This document shows, piece by piece, positions 42,597 through 51,687 of a stretch of DNA of 64,000 bases. This DNA is from Parcubacteria group bacterium (GTDB taxonomy: Bacteria > Patescibacteriota > Minisyncoccia > Moranbacterales > UBA11712): NCBI GenBank assembly GCA_041659685.1, contig JBAZXV010000007.1, positions 6,348 to 70,347 of the forward strand, read 5' to 3'. A model generated the notes under the pieces. It was not told the DNA's origin. It saw only the letters and a program-made list of their open reading frames with translations, and ran no database searches. The position numbers and the translations under genes were made by a program. Position 1 is the first letter of the stretch. Each line of letters starts with the position of its first letter.

Positions 42597-42708
42597 AATA
42601 TCAAATCCTAAATCCTAACATCTAAATTCTAAATAATACCAAAATTTAAAAAATAAAAACACAAAACTTTTTAAATTTTTATTTTGGTCATTTGATATTG
42701 TTTAGAAC

Positions 42709-43464
42709 TTAGGATTTAGCGCTTAGGATTTCTTGGATAAAATCCCCTATTTTCTCCCATACTTCTTTCTTTTGCGCAAACACATGGTATGCGTTTTTGA
42801 TCCAAAAGATTTCTTTCTTTTTTGATTCCGTATCATCAAAAATTATTTGCGGGGATTCCTTTGAGACCATATGGTCTGATGTTGACTGCATGATGAGAAT
42901 CGGTTTTATGACGCGGGGAAGAAATTTTCGCGTCGCTTCGGACAAACGCACAACCTCTTTCGCGCTCTCGATAGGGTAATACATATACACTTTCCGGTCG
43001 CCCATTTCTTTCCGGACCCACGGCGGATAATATTTTCTGCGGTATTTTTTCGTGAGTCCCATAAAAAAAAGAGCCAGCTTGGCAAGATAATGCAGCCGGT
43101 ATTTAACTGCCGCTCCCATGGTAATGACACCGGCGACTGACTCGTCACGGGACAAGAGAAGGGCTAAGTCTCCCCCCATCGATATTCCTCCGATAAAAAC
43201 TTTTTCGGAATGGCGCTTAAGCTTCTCGAGCTCCTGCCTGCCCTGGGAAAGCCAATCTTTCCATTTGACGTGCTGGAGATCTTCCGGCCGGGATCCGTGG
43301 CCCAAAAGAAGCGGACCAGACACGGAGTAGCCGGAAGAATTAAGATATTTTGCTAGCGGCAAAAGTTCGTCGGGAGGGGATGTCCATCCATGAAGCAGAA
43401 GCACTCCGACGCCGTTTGTCCCTTGCAGAAAAAATGCTTTTCCGATATGTTCGTTCTTTTCCAT
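42709..43464 (-). CDS. Alpha/beta hydrolase (carboxylesterase/monoacylglycerol lipase-like)
   Basis: LLLHGW, GISMGG, DHMV, YHV catalytic triad elements. Confidence 0.9.
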   Translation of the reverse strand: MEKNEHIGKAFFLQGTNGVGVLLLHGWTSPPDELLPLAKYLNSSGYSVSGPLLLGHGSRPEDLQHVKWKDWLSQGRQELEKLKRHSEKVFIGGISMGGDLALLLSRDESVAGVITMGAAVKYRLHYLAKLALFFMGLTKKYRRKYYPPWVRKEMGDRKVYMYYPIESAKEVVRLSEATRKFLPRVIKPILIMQSTSDHMVSKESPQIIFDDTESKKKEIFWIKNAYHVFAQKKEVWEKIGDFIQEILSAKS

Positions 43465-43524
43465 TCAATGGAATATTCCAGCATTCTTAAAATTAAGATC
43501 TTAAGAAATATGAAAATATAATGG

Positions 43525-45249
43525 TTAAAATAATTCCCCCCAAAGCACCCGTTCGCTTTTTTTGATTCCTTTTTTTGCGTTTTTTTCAGTTTCTGATTCT
43601 ATCTTAGGTTCCTTAAGACTTTCTTTTTCGCTGTTTTTTGGCTGATCCGGCTTGAGCCTGAGTTCCTGAACAGCTAACTTATCGAATGTCTCGTTGTAAA
43701 CCAGATCAAACTTAGGCTGATAGTGTTTGGGCAGGGATTCAAAGTTTCCGCCGTCTGTCGTGATGGAAAAATACCGGCCGGAAAAATCGCGCGTCTTATA
43801 AGAAAAATATTCATAATCAATTTGAGGATTATTGGTTTCGAGCAGATAAAGGGGCGGGTTGCGGAGCTCAAGATTTCCGTAAAAATAAAGTTTTGCAGGA
43901 GCTTCCTTCCATTTCTTTTCCAGATAGTCTGCTATTTCCTCAAAATCCGCAAGAGTTACCGCCTTTGGATATTGTATGAAAGACAGGCGGTTTCCCAAAA
44001 CATTAAATTTCCCTCCATTTTTCAGCTTGTTAAACCAGGCCCCTGTTGCTTCAAGATTGAGGCCAATGACGGAAAGGGCGAGGATAATCGCGGCCGCGGA
44101 TACAAAGTTTCGGTATTTTTCACCTTTCATCATCCATTCGATTCCCATGCCGACAAAAATAAAGGGGATGAAAATTTCAAAAAACAGAAAGCGCGGTTTT
44201 ATCTGAAAGGCAAAGGGAATGAGAATTAAGAAGGAAACTCCGGCCCAAACAAAAATGAGCTTTAAGAAATTTTTTCGTTTCTCATTCTCTTCTTTTCGGA
44301 TTCCATGTATGAGATACCCCGCTCCGAAAATGGACAGGACAATTCCGGCGAGAAGAGAGGCTTTTCCAGTGGGGCTGATATAGGTTGTTAAGATCACTGT
44401 GTAATAATTGGCGCGCGAGGTTATGCTGGCTTTTATATTTTCGAAAAGGCCGTGCTGCTGGGGCTTATACTCGAAAGCCCATATGAATTGTTTTATGTTA
44501 TCACCTTGCATCTTTATGTCGCTCAAGATGACCGGTAAAAAAAGAATTATGATTGTCGAAGCGAAAAAAACAATTTCTTTCCAGGAGTAATTGCGCCATT
44601 TGCCCGTCCACAAAAGAAAAAAGAAGAAAACCGCCGGAATAGCCGCCAATACCACAAAATGGAGTTGTCCGGCGATAGCCCAGCCAATAGCGGCCGCGGA
44701 GAGCCAAATGTATTTTTTCTTTTTCTGGTTTTCATCGATTGATTTCAAAAGAGCAAAGAAAGTAAGCAGCGTCCAAAAGGGGACAGAGTTTGGATTCCAG
44801 GCGAATCGCGAAAACTGGATCATTACGAAATTGAAAGCATACAAAGAAGCGACAAGGAGCGCAGTCCCTTTACTGAAAAAATAACGGAGAAAAAGAAAAA
44901 AGAGAGGGATCGTGAGGATGGAGAAAAGAAGATCCGGGTAGGCAAAGACGGGCGGAGCGACCGAATGGAAAATTTCAGCGGAAAGATATTGGAAATAATA
45001 GAAGATGGGGCCGAGCCGGACAAAAGTTCCGCCGGCTCTTGGTCCGAGAAGGGGAAGGTGGGAAGGTCCTTCCTTTACGGCTTCCGAAACGAGATAGGCA
45101 TCCCTTGTCTGGTCCATTCCAAAATGAAGCCAGCTGTCGAATTTATAAACTCTCAGAAAAATCGCGAGCGCCACAATTAAAATCAAAGCTGGGTATTCCC
45201 AGTTTTTTTTGATCCAATCGATTGTCCCTGGCCCATTTTCTTTTCGCAT
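43525..45249 (-). CDS. Integral membrane GT-C glycosyltransferase (ArnT/PMT-like)
   Basis: FLRVY..., DQTRD, LLGP, LGPIFYY, SRFAWNPN; multiple TM segments. Confidence 0.8.
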   Translation of the reverse strand: MRKENGPGTIDWIKKNWEYPALILIVALAIFLRVYKFDSWLHFGMDQTRDAYLVSEAVKEGPSHLPLLGPRAGGTFVRLGPIFYYFQYLSAEIFHSVAPPVFAYPDLLFSILTIPLFFLFLRYFFSKGTALLVASLYAFNFVMIQFSRFAWNPNSVPFWTLLTFFALLKSIDENQKKKKYIWLSAAAIGWAIAGQLHFVVLAAIPAVFFFFLLWTGKWRNYSWKEIVFFASTIIILFLPVILSDIKMQGDNIKQFIWAFEYKPQQHGLFENIKASITSRANYYTVILTTYISPTGKASLLAGIVLSIFGAGYLIHGIRKEENEKRKNFLKLIFVWAGVSFLILIPFAFQIKPRFLFFEIFIPFIFVGMGIEWMMKGEKYRNFVSAAAIILALSVIGLNLEATGAWFNKLKNGGKFNVLGNRLSFIQYPKAVTLADFEEIADYLEKKWKEAPAKLYFYGNLELRNPPLYLLETNNPQIDYEYFSYKTRDFSGRYFSITTDGGNFESLPKHYQPKFDLVYNETFDKLAVQELRLKPDQPKNSEKESLKEPKIESETEKNAKKGIKKSERVLWGELF

Positions 45250-45266
45250 ATTAAATCGGGATAATC

Positions 45267-46883
45267 TTATATCAGCTCGTCCCTTTTTTTCCGCAAGAAG
45301 CCGGCCCATTGCTGGATAAATCGAACCACGACTTTAAAAGGAGCCTCAACGATAACATCGAAAAAAAGGATCAGAATGTTAACTCTTGAGAAGTTGATGG
45401 ACATCCATTTTCCGAGACGGACGAAAGGAAGAGACAAGGTGTCGATTATTACTCCGGTAATACCCTCCCTTTCTTTGGCCACTAGAAGTTCTCTTATGGG
45501 TTGGCGAACCAAAGCGTTAAAGAAGCTTACCACACTGAACAGAAAAAGGAATATCAGAATTCCGACCCAGTTGAAATGAAGTATATCCAGTATCCACAGA
45601 GCCAAACCGAATGAAATTGCGTAGGTAACGATAAAAAACCCATTCACTGCCCAATCGGAGGCGTTTTTGAGTTCATTCAGGTTAATTGCGGCAATAGGCT
45701 CTTCCTTTTTTTCATACACAATTTCTTCGGCCCCTTTTGCGATCAATTTCGAATTTTCCTGGCTGGGCCTTCGGATTGTCGCCGACATGAGAACCAGATA
45801 GAGGGGCGGAAAGATTAGGTTTATGTAAATTGGCAGGAAAGTGGTCTCTCCGGCGACATATGCATCGTACGGGTATTCAACGGCGACCGCCAGAATAATC
45901 TTCGTTATAATAAGGAATATTAAGCTTCTTTTCACCCTCTTTCTGAATCTTTTCATCTCCCGGCTGTAAACATCATCGGCTGACATCTGCACTGTAAATT
46001 TCAGGGATTCCGGGTTGGCCAGTATTTTGTCGATTTTTCCGATGTTGGCGAGGGCCGCCTCATAGAAAATATTGAAATAGACGGAATATTTTCGAATGGC
46101 AAATCCAATTTTGGTGGAAAGGGGATTCTCAAGTTTATCCCGAAGCGCTTTTTCTATTTGGGGAAGTTCGGCTGCGCTTTTTTCAATTTCATTTTCAGAA
46201 ATATCCTCTTTGAACCAATCGGGCAGATAAATCTTAAGAAGGGAGTAGTTCAGGGTTGCGTTATCAAGCTTTGAAAGGGATCTCAGGACTGCCAGGAAGA
46301 TCTGAATATCTTTGTCTCCCTCGCGCAATTTTCCGCCATTTTTTACGACGATTCTTTCTTTCACTGTCTGATACATTGCTCGTGAAAGGGCGTATCTGGA
46401 TGGGTTTGGGAATATGATTTCTTCGATTTCGCAGGAAGCCATGGCCGTGAGCCACTTTTTCATTTGATAGTTTCTTATTCTTTTGACAGCTATTTGATAT
46501 TTGGCGACGGTGTTTTTGATTCGATCCCTCAATTTTTTGTCTGCACTTTCCTTCCGGAGATATCCAGCCATCACGATTTCGTTTAAAAAGGTGTCGGAAA
46601 AATTTTGCTGGCGAAGTTCAATGATCAGGTTTCTCTTGAGAATGCGCTCTATGGCGGTTCTTTTTATGAGATGGTCGTCCTTATATTCGATAAGATTTCG
46701 CACTTTTTCATATACTTTCGCCATGCTTTCTCCCGCCTCTTCGATCTCGCTTTCCTTTTCCGCCTCTTCTTTGCGATCTTCCTCCTTCTTTTCTTCGGCA
46801 ATCAGGTTTGTTTTCAGTTCAGCAATAAAATCAGCTATTGGCTGATTGATTTCCGCTCGCGATTTATTTTTTTCCTCACTCAT
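45267..46883 (-). CDS. Conserved hypothetical membrane protein
   Basis: 538 aa ORF, YEKVRNLIEY..., with C-terminal TM helices. Confidence 0.75.
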   Translation of the reverse strand: MSEEKNKSRAEINQPIADFIAELKTNLIAEEKKEEDRKEEAEKESEIEEAGESMAKVYEKVRNLIEYKDDHLIKRTAIERILKRNLIIELRQQNFSDTFLNEIVMAGYLRKESADKKLRDRIKNTVAKYQIAVKRIRNYQMKKWLTAMASCEIEEIIFPNPSRYALSRAMYQTVKERIVVKNGGKLREGDKDIQIFLAVLRSLSKLDNATLNYSLLKIYLPDWFKEDISENEIEKSAAELPQIEKALRDKLENPLSTKIGFAIRKYSVYFNIFYEAALANIGKIDKILANPESLKFTVQMSADDVYSREMKRFRKRVKRSLIFLIITKIILAVAVEYPYDAYVAGETTFLPIYINLIFPPLYLVLMSATIRRPSQENSKLIAKGAEEIVYEKKEEPIAAINLNELKNASDWAVNGFFIVTYAISFGLALWILDILHFNWVGILIFLFLFSVVSFFNALVRQPIRELLVAKEREGITGVIIDTLSLPFVRLGKWMSINFSRVNILILFFDVIVEAPFKVVVRFIQQWAGFLRKKRDELI

Positions 46884-46955
46884 ATTGTTTGTTTGGATTA
46901 GCGAATAAATTGTAGCATTTTAAGGGGCGAAATGTAAATATCCGCTGAAACCTTA

Positions 46956-46984
46956 TTGACTAACCTGTCTTTTTCCGATAGAAT
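46956..46984 (+). promoter_or_regulatory. Promoter of the tRNA-Glu/GIY-YIG transcript
   Basis: TTGACT-N17-TAGAAT. Confidence 0.6.
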
Positions 46985-47092
46985 AACCCTTGTAACTTGG
47001 ATTTCAGACCGATTAACTGCTGATTTTGCAGGAGCCGGGCGATCATCAGGGAACGGCTCAAGAACGGAGATTAGTCAAAAAACAAGAACCAT

Positions 47093-47169
47093 GGCCCTAT
47101 CGTCTAGTGGTTAGGACAGCGGGTTTTTGACCCTGCGGGTCATCACCCGCAGGGTGACAATCCGTTAAC
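47093..47169 (+). pseudogene. 5' relic of tRNA-Glu with a 30-nt insertion in the anticodon
   Basis: Identical to nt 1-47 of the tRNA at 47424 except for the insertion at 47128-47157; no T arm or 3' acceptor strand. Confidence 0.9.
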
Positions 47170-47173
47170 ATAT

Positions 47174-47416
47174 ATGAATTACGTTTACATTTTGAAAAGC
47201 ATGGCAGAAAATTGGGCTTATATCGGATGTTGTGACGATTTAAGAAAAAGATTTTTACAACACAATTGCGGTAAAGTAAGATCGACAAAAGCGCGCCGTC
47301 CATATAAACTGGCTTATTATGAAGCTTACGGTGATTTAAGCTTAGCGCGGAAAAGAGAATTTGAACTGAAAAATAACAATAGCAAGAAGGAAGAACTGTT
47401 TGGAAGAATATTTTGA
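47174..47416 (+). CDS. Minimal GIY-YIG endonuclease (80 aa)
   Basis: YVYILKS...YIG...DLRKRFLQHN.G...ST...RPYKL.YYE...ARKREFELK. Confidence 0.92.
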   Translation: MNYVYILKSMAENWAYIGCCDDLRKRFLQHNCGKVRSTKARRPYKLAYYEAYGDLSLARKREFELKNNNSKKEELFGRIF

Positions 47417-47423
47417 GAGACAT

Positions 47424-47495
47424 GGCCCTATCGTCTAGTGGTTAGGACAGCGGGTTTTCAATCCGTTAACCGGGGTTCGATTCCCCGTAGGGCTA
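47424..47495 (+). tRNA. tRNA-Glu(TTC)
   Basis: GGCCCTA/TAGGGCT-A acceptor; GCGGG-TT TTC AA-TCCGT anticodon arm; CGGGG-TTCGATT-CCCCG T arm. Confidence 0.96.
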
Positions 47496-47570
47496 CGCAC
47501 AAAAATGAGGCTTATGAAAGCCTTTTTTTATATATAAGGCCTACAAAAATTAATAATAGTTCTCTTGAAC

Positions 47571-47619
47571 ATGCGTAGGTATGCATAGGTTTGCATAGGT
47601 TGTAATACTGTGCTATACT
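47571..47619 (+). promoter_or_regulatory. Promoter with three tandem 10-bp repeats upstream of the MerR-type HTH gene
   Basis: ATGCGTAGGT-ATGCATAGGT-TTGCATAGGT; TTGCAT-N17-TATACT. Confidence 0.65.
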
Positions 47620-47642
47620 GGAAACAGCTAAATAATGATTTT

Positions 47643-48386
47643 ATGGAACAAAAACCATTAATTTCAATCGGAGAGGCTGCCAAAAAAATGCATATTTCGA
47701 TAGATACCTTAAGGCGTTGGGACAATGAAGGACGTTTTCCGGCTGTCCGGTTAAGCGGAAAACGCTTCTATAGAGCGAGTGACATTGAAAAATATTTGGC
47801 AAAATTAACCATAGCAGAGGTGGATATTTTTGAAGCAGCGAAAAAATGGGCTTCGAACAACTCGGCGACCGAGCCCGATCAGTTGTTTTATTGTAAAGAT
47901 AGTTCAGTTTTTCAATATCGGCTGCACAAATTAGAAAATGCTCTCAGCGGTATCGCTAAAATAAGAGATTCATTTCCCTTGCTTACATCTATAACCGGTG
48001 AAATAGGCAACAATTCTTTCGATCACAATATTGGACAATGGCCGGACATACCTGGAATATTTTTCGGTTATGACATAGAGAGAAGAGAGATTGTATTAGC
48101 TGACAGAGGACAGGGAATTCTAGCTACTTTAAAAAGAGTAAAAAAAGAGTTGTCGTCGGATGCAGAAGCTTTGCGAGTCGCGTTTACGGAAATAATTTCT
48201 GGACGTTCCCCTGAAGCAAGAGGCAATGGATTGAAGTATGTGAAGGAAGTTGTCATGGAAAACGATATTTACCTTTTTTTTCAAACTGGCAATGCTGGGT
48301 TAGAATTAGAGAAAGGCGATCAAGCTCTTAATATTATAAAAGTAGACAACCACATTCGTGGTTGCATAGCTTTAATAAAATTTTAA
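47643..48386 (+). CDS. MerR/excisionase-type HTH fused to an HATPase-like domain
   Basis: ISIGEAAKKMHISIDTLRRWD; EIGNNSFDH, DRGQGI, RGNGL. Confidence 0.85.
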   Translation: MEQKPLISIGEAAKKMHISIDTLRRWDNEGRFPAVRLSGKRFYRASDIEKYLAKLTIAEVDIFEAAKKWASNNSATEPDQLFYCKDSSVFQYRLHKLENALSGIAKIRDSFPLLTSITGEIGNNSFDHNIGQWPDIPGIFFGYDIERREIVLADRGQGILATLKRVKKELSSDAEALRVAFTEIISGRSPEARGNGLKYVKEVVMENDIYLFFQTGNAGLELEKGDQALNIIKVDNHIRGCIALIKF

Positions 48387-48394
48387 GTTAAAAT

Positions 48395-48688
48395 ATGAAT
48401 ATTGAACTAAAAAAATTTGGAACTACGCTTACTTCCAGACAATCTGGCAAAGAAGCTTTGGCGGCTATTCAACCCAGTTTTAAATCAGTCTCGGAGAAAG
48501 AGGATATCATGGTTGATTTCGCTGGGGTCGTTACCTTTTCCCCTTCATGGGGAGATGAATTTATAACCCCTCTTTATGAAAGATATGGGGATAGATTAAT
48601 TCTTAAGAATACTGCTAACTCTTCCGTGCAAGCAACGCTGCGTTTACTCGGAGGCATAATAAAGACTCAATTCAGGGAGATTGACTAA
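48395..48688 (+). CDS. STAS-like (DUF4325-type) protein
   Basis: LTSRQSGKE...VDFAGV...SPSWGDEF; follows the HATPase gene. Confidence 0.8.
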   Translation: MNIELKKFGTTLTSRQSGKEALAAIQPSFKSVSEKEDIMVDFAGVVTFSPSWGDEFITPLYERYGDRLILKNTANSSVQATLRLLGGIIKTQFREID

Positions 48689-48706
48689 TCGGTTTACTAA
48701 AAAATT

Positions 48707-49357
48707 ATGGAAAGAAAAGAACAAAAGAATATAATCAAGCCGGAGATTATTGCTAATCATATAACAACTTTTGCTGAACAAATAGTTTCTTTAGCGCAAA
48801 AAAAGGGAAAGGTGACAGCGGAGTTTAATGATATTATGCTCACCGCCGACAGGGAATCGAGTGTGCAGAACATCATTGATGATTACAGAAGAAAAGTTGA
48901 TGAGGGTGACGAACAATACTATAATTCGCCCAAAGGGAAGCGTGCGGCTCTTGAGATTGAAAAACTGAAAGAAAAAGAAAAACAAGAGAAGGAGCGCAGA
49001 GTCCTTGAGAGTGAAAAACGGACAGAGGAAGTGCAACGGAAACACGATGAATTGATGCAACAATTGCCCAATTTGGATTTTGCCAACTATTCTTCGGTTC
49101 TGAATTGGCTCTGCGAATTTCAAGATCCCAGCAGACAAATCGGAGTTGTGAAGCGTCAAAGCGAAGTTCTGGACATATTCGCGAAGCATGGCTATCAGCC
49201 TCTTAGTGAAGCGGCTGATAACGAGTCTTCCGATGCCGAAAGCCGAGCTCGATATATCATTAGTCGAGCGCTCGATGATTTAAAGAGCGTCGCGGGCGCT
49301 ATTCACCCAGCTATTCACAAGTTCGCTAAAGATTGGAAGAAGCAGTTTAAAGCTTAA
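48707..49357 (+). CDS. Hypothetical coiled-coil protein
   Basis: 216 aa ORF with a charged central helix. Confidence 0.7.
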   Translation: MERKEQKNIIKPEIIANHITTFAEQIVSLAQKKGKVTAEFNDIMLTADRESSVQNIIDDYRRKVDEGDEQYYNSPKGKRAALEIEKLKEKEKQEKERRVLESEKRTEEVQRKHDELMQQLPNLDFANYSSVLNWLCEFQDPSRQIGVVKRQSEVLDIFAKHGYQPLSEAADNESSDAESRARYIISRALDDLKSVAGAIHPAIHKFAKDWKKQFKA

Positions 49358-49498
49358 TGGCTGCGCATCTTTAATTCCTCGATAACTTGGTTCCAACTAT
49401 TGAGTAGGTAGTCTGCCAGTTTCATACTTCCAGGATATTTTTAACTTTCTCTTCGGAGATTTTCAAAAATTACAGTTGTTTTTACATCACTATTTTCT

Positions 49499-50104
49499 AT
49501 GGCGAAAAATTTTATTATTGAAGACTTCAAAAAAATATTGGTGTTGTATAAGTTAAAGGAAGTTTATCGCTCCTGCCATGTTTTGGACAGAAACGAAAGT
49601 TCGGCGGAGCATAGCTGGGGCTCGATGATTCTCGCCGATTATTTTCTGAGCAGAATGAAAACGAAGCTAAACAGGGAAAGGGTTATGGATATCTTACTCT
49701 ATCATGATTTGGTGGAAATCGAAGCGGGGGATACATATGTCCACGACAAAGAAGCGGCAAAAACCAAGAAGCAGAGAGAAAAGAAGGGGTTGGCCAGGCT
49801 TAAAAGAAGAATTCCTAAAGAACTGGTGAAAAAGTATGCCGGACTTTTTAAAGAATTTCAGGACCGCCAGACTGCTGAGGCTAAATTTGCTAATGCAATC
49901 GATAAACTTGATCCGATTATCCATTCTTTGGAAAACAGCCGCTCTTGGATCGAATGGGATCTGAGCGAGGAAGATATAAGGGAAGTAAAGGAAAAATATC
50001 TGGTATTTTCCAGGGAATTTATGAAAATATTAGATGAACTTCTCAAATATTTGAGGAAAAGCAATCTAATAAAAGGCAGCGGGGGAAAACAGAAAAGAAA
50101 GTAG
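49499..50104 (+). CDS. HD-domain phosphohydrolase (YfbR/HDDC2-like)
   Basis: ESSAEHSW, YHDLVEIEAGD, AIDKLDP. Confidence 0.9.
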   Translation: MAKNFIIEDFKKILVLYKLKEVYRSCHVLDRNESSAEHSWGSMILADYFLSRMKTKLNRERVMDILLYHDLVEIEAGDTYVHDKEAAKTKKQREKKGLARLKRRIPKELVKKYAGLFKEFQDRQTAEAKFANAIDKLDPIIHSLENSRSWIEWDLSEEDIREVKEKYLVFSREFMKILDELLKYLRKSNLIKGSGGKQKRK

Positions 50105-50205
50105 GGTGTTGACTCGAAATTTGCCGGATATTGCTTATTTTTCAGGGACTGTGCTATTATTCCCTAAGATTTCAGGGGGATTAATAAACTTTAATAAGAA
50201 ACCAC

Positions 50206-50475
50206 ATGAAAAAGAAAGAGCTCGTGGATGCGATTGTTGAGAAGACTCAACTCGCCAAAAAAGACGTAGTTGCGGTTATCGAGACAATGGCCGAAGTAGT
50301 AAAGGCAAATGTCGTTAAAGAGCCGGTTGAAATTCCGGGTCTTGTAAAGGTTGAGAAGAAGCATCGAGCCGCCAGAATGGGAAGAAACCCAATGACTGGG
50401 GAGAGCATCAGCATTCCTGCCAAGACTGTTCTTAAGGCCCGCGTTCTCAAGAAACTTAAAGACGCTGTAATGTAA
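50206..50475 (+). CDS. hup: HU family DNA-binding protein
   Basis: MKKKELVDAI...RAARMGRNPMTGESISIPAK. Confidence 0.95.
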   Translation: MKKKELVDAIVEKTQLAKKDVVAVIETMAEVVKANVVKEPVEIPGLVKVEKKHRAARMGRNPMTGESISIPAKTVLKARVLKKLKDAVM

Positions 50476-50501
50476 TTTCAGAAATTCATTTCTGGAACTT
50501 C

Positions 50502-50533
50502 AAAAAATCCCGCATTCAGGCGGGATTTTTTTT
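50502..50533 (+). terminator. Terminator after hup
   Basis: AAAAAATCCCGC-ATTCAG-GCGGGATTTTTTTT. Confidence 0.75.
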
Positions 50534-50601
50534 CGCAAAACATTCAATGTTGGGCAAATTCCAATATTGAATATTGCAACTGTATGCTTTATACTTAATC
50601 C

Positions 50602-51684
50602 ATGAATATTCTAGCCATAGAAACATCCTGTGACGATACAGCCGTTGCCCTTGTAAGAACCGAGAAGGGGAGCCTTTTTGTCACTGACAGTCTTATCTCT
50701 TCTCAGATAAAGGTTCATGCTCCTTTCGGAGGGGTCGTTCCGGATCTGACTGCCCGGGAGCATCTAAAAAATTTGCCCCGCCTTCTCAGAAAGATTTTTG
50801 ATAGGAACAAAATAACCGCCAAAGATATAGATTTGATTTCCGTCACTCAGGGACCGGGTCTGATTCCTGCGCTATTGATTGGGACTAATGCGGCAAAAGC
50901 CCTGGCTTATTCCTGGCGAAAGCCCCTGGTGGGGGTAAATCATGTTGCCGGACATATTTACGCCAATTTTATCGGGCTGAAAAATAAAATAAAAAAAGAT
51001 ATCAAGTTTCCGATATTGGCGCTGGTTGTTTCGGGAGGGCACACGGAGCTCATTGTTATGAAAAAGCATATGGATTTTAAAATCGTCGGACAGACGCTCG
51101 ATGATGCGGCAGGCGAGGCTTTTGACAAGGTGGCTAAAATTTTGGGTCTGGGATATCCAGGAGGGCCGAAAATCGCGGCTTACGCGGCGAAGCACGGAAC
51201 GTGTAACGCAGGGCGCAGAACGAAAGATAATAGTTATGCGCTTCCGCGGCCGATGATAAAAGCTGATAATCTTAATTTCTCTTTTTCCGGGCTCAAGACG
51301 GCTGTTCTCTATACCGTTCGGGATAATCCAAAAATTTTGAAAGACAAAAAACTCAGCCGGGAGCTTTGCGCGGAATTCCAACAGGCGGTGATCGATGTTC
51401 TTGTCCATAAAACCCTTAAAGCCGCCAGAAAATACAAGCCAAAAACGGTTATTCTCGGCGGCGGCGTGTCGGCCAATAAGGAACTTCGCAAACAACTCGG
51501 AAAAGCGATAAAGGATGCTCTTCCAAAAACCAAATATCAAATGCCGGATGCCGGGTACTCTCTTGATAACGCGGCCATGATCGCAACTTTGGGATATTAT
51601 AAATTCAATCTGGCAAAAAACAGAAAAATATTTGAAAGCAGCTGGAGAAAAATGGAAGCTGACGCCAATTTAAAATATAAATAA
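50602..51684 (+). CDS. tsaD: tRNA N6-adenosine threonylcarbamoyltransferase
   Basis: ILAIETSCDDT, NHVAGH, VSGGHT, DDAAGEAFDK, FSFSGLKT, DNAAMIA. Confidence 0.96.
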   Translation: MNILAIETSCDDTAVALVRTEKGSLFVTDSLISSQIKVHAPFGGVVPDLTAREHLKNLPRLLRKIFDRNKITAKDIDLISVTQGPGLIPALLIGTNAAKALAYSWRKPLVGVNHVAGHIYANFIGLKNKIKKDIKFPILALVVSGGHTELIVMKKHMDFKIVGQTLDDAAGEAFDKVAKILGLGYPGGPKIAAYAAKHGTCNAGRRTKDNSYALPRPMIKADNLNFSFSGLKTAVLYTVRDNPKILKDKKLSRELCAEFQQAVIDVLVHKTLKAARKYKPKTVILGGGVSANKELRKQLGKAIKDALPKTKYQMPDAGYSLDNAAMIATLGYYKFNLAKNRKIFESSWRKMEADANLKYK

Positions 51685-51687
51685 GCG

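Noticed and set aside
47128-47157. tRNA-Glu intron
   Set aside because: It is only 30 nt, the host copy lacks the T arm and 3' acceptor strand, and an intact copy lies downstream.
47500-50110. Integrase-type genomic island at tRNA-Glu
   Set aside because: No integrase and no downstream copy of the tRNA 3' end was found; at most an accessory islet.
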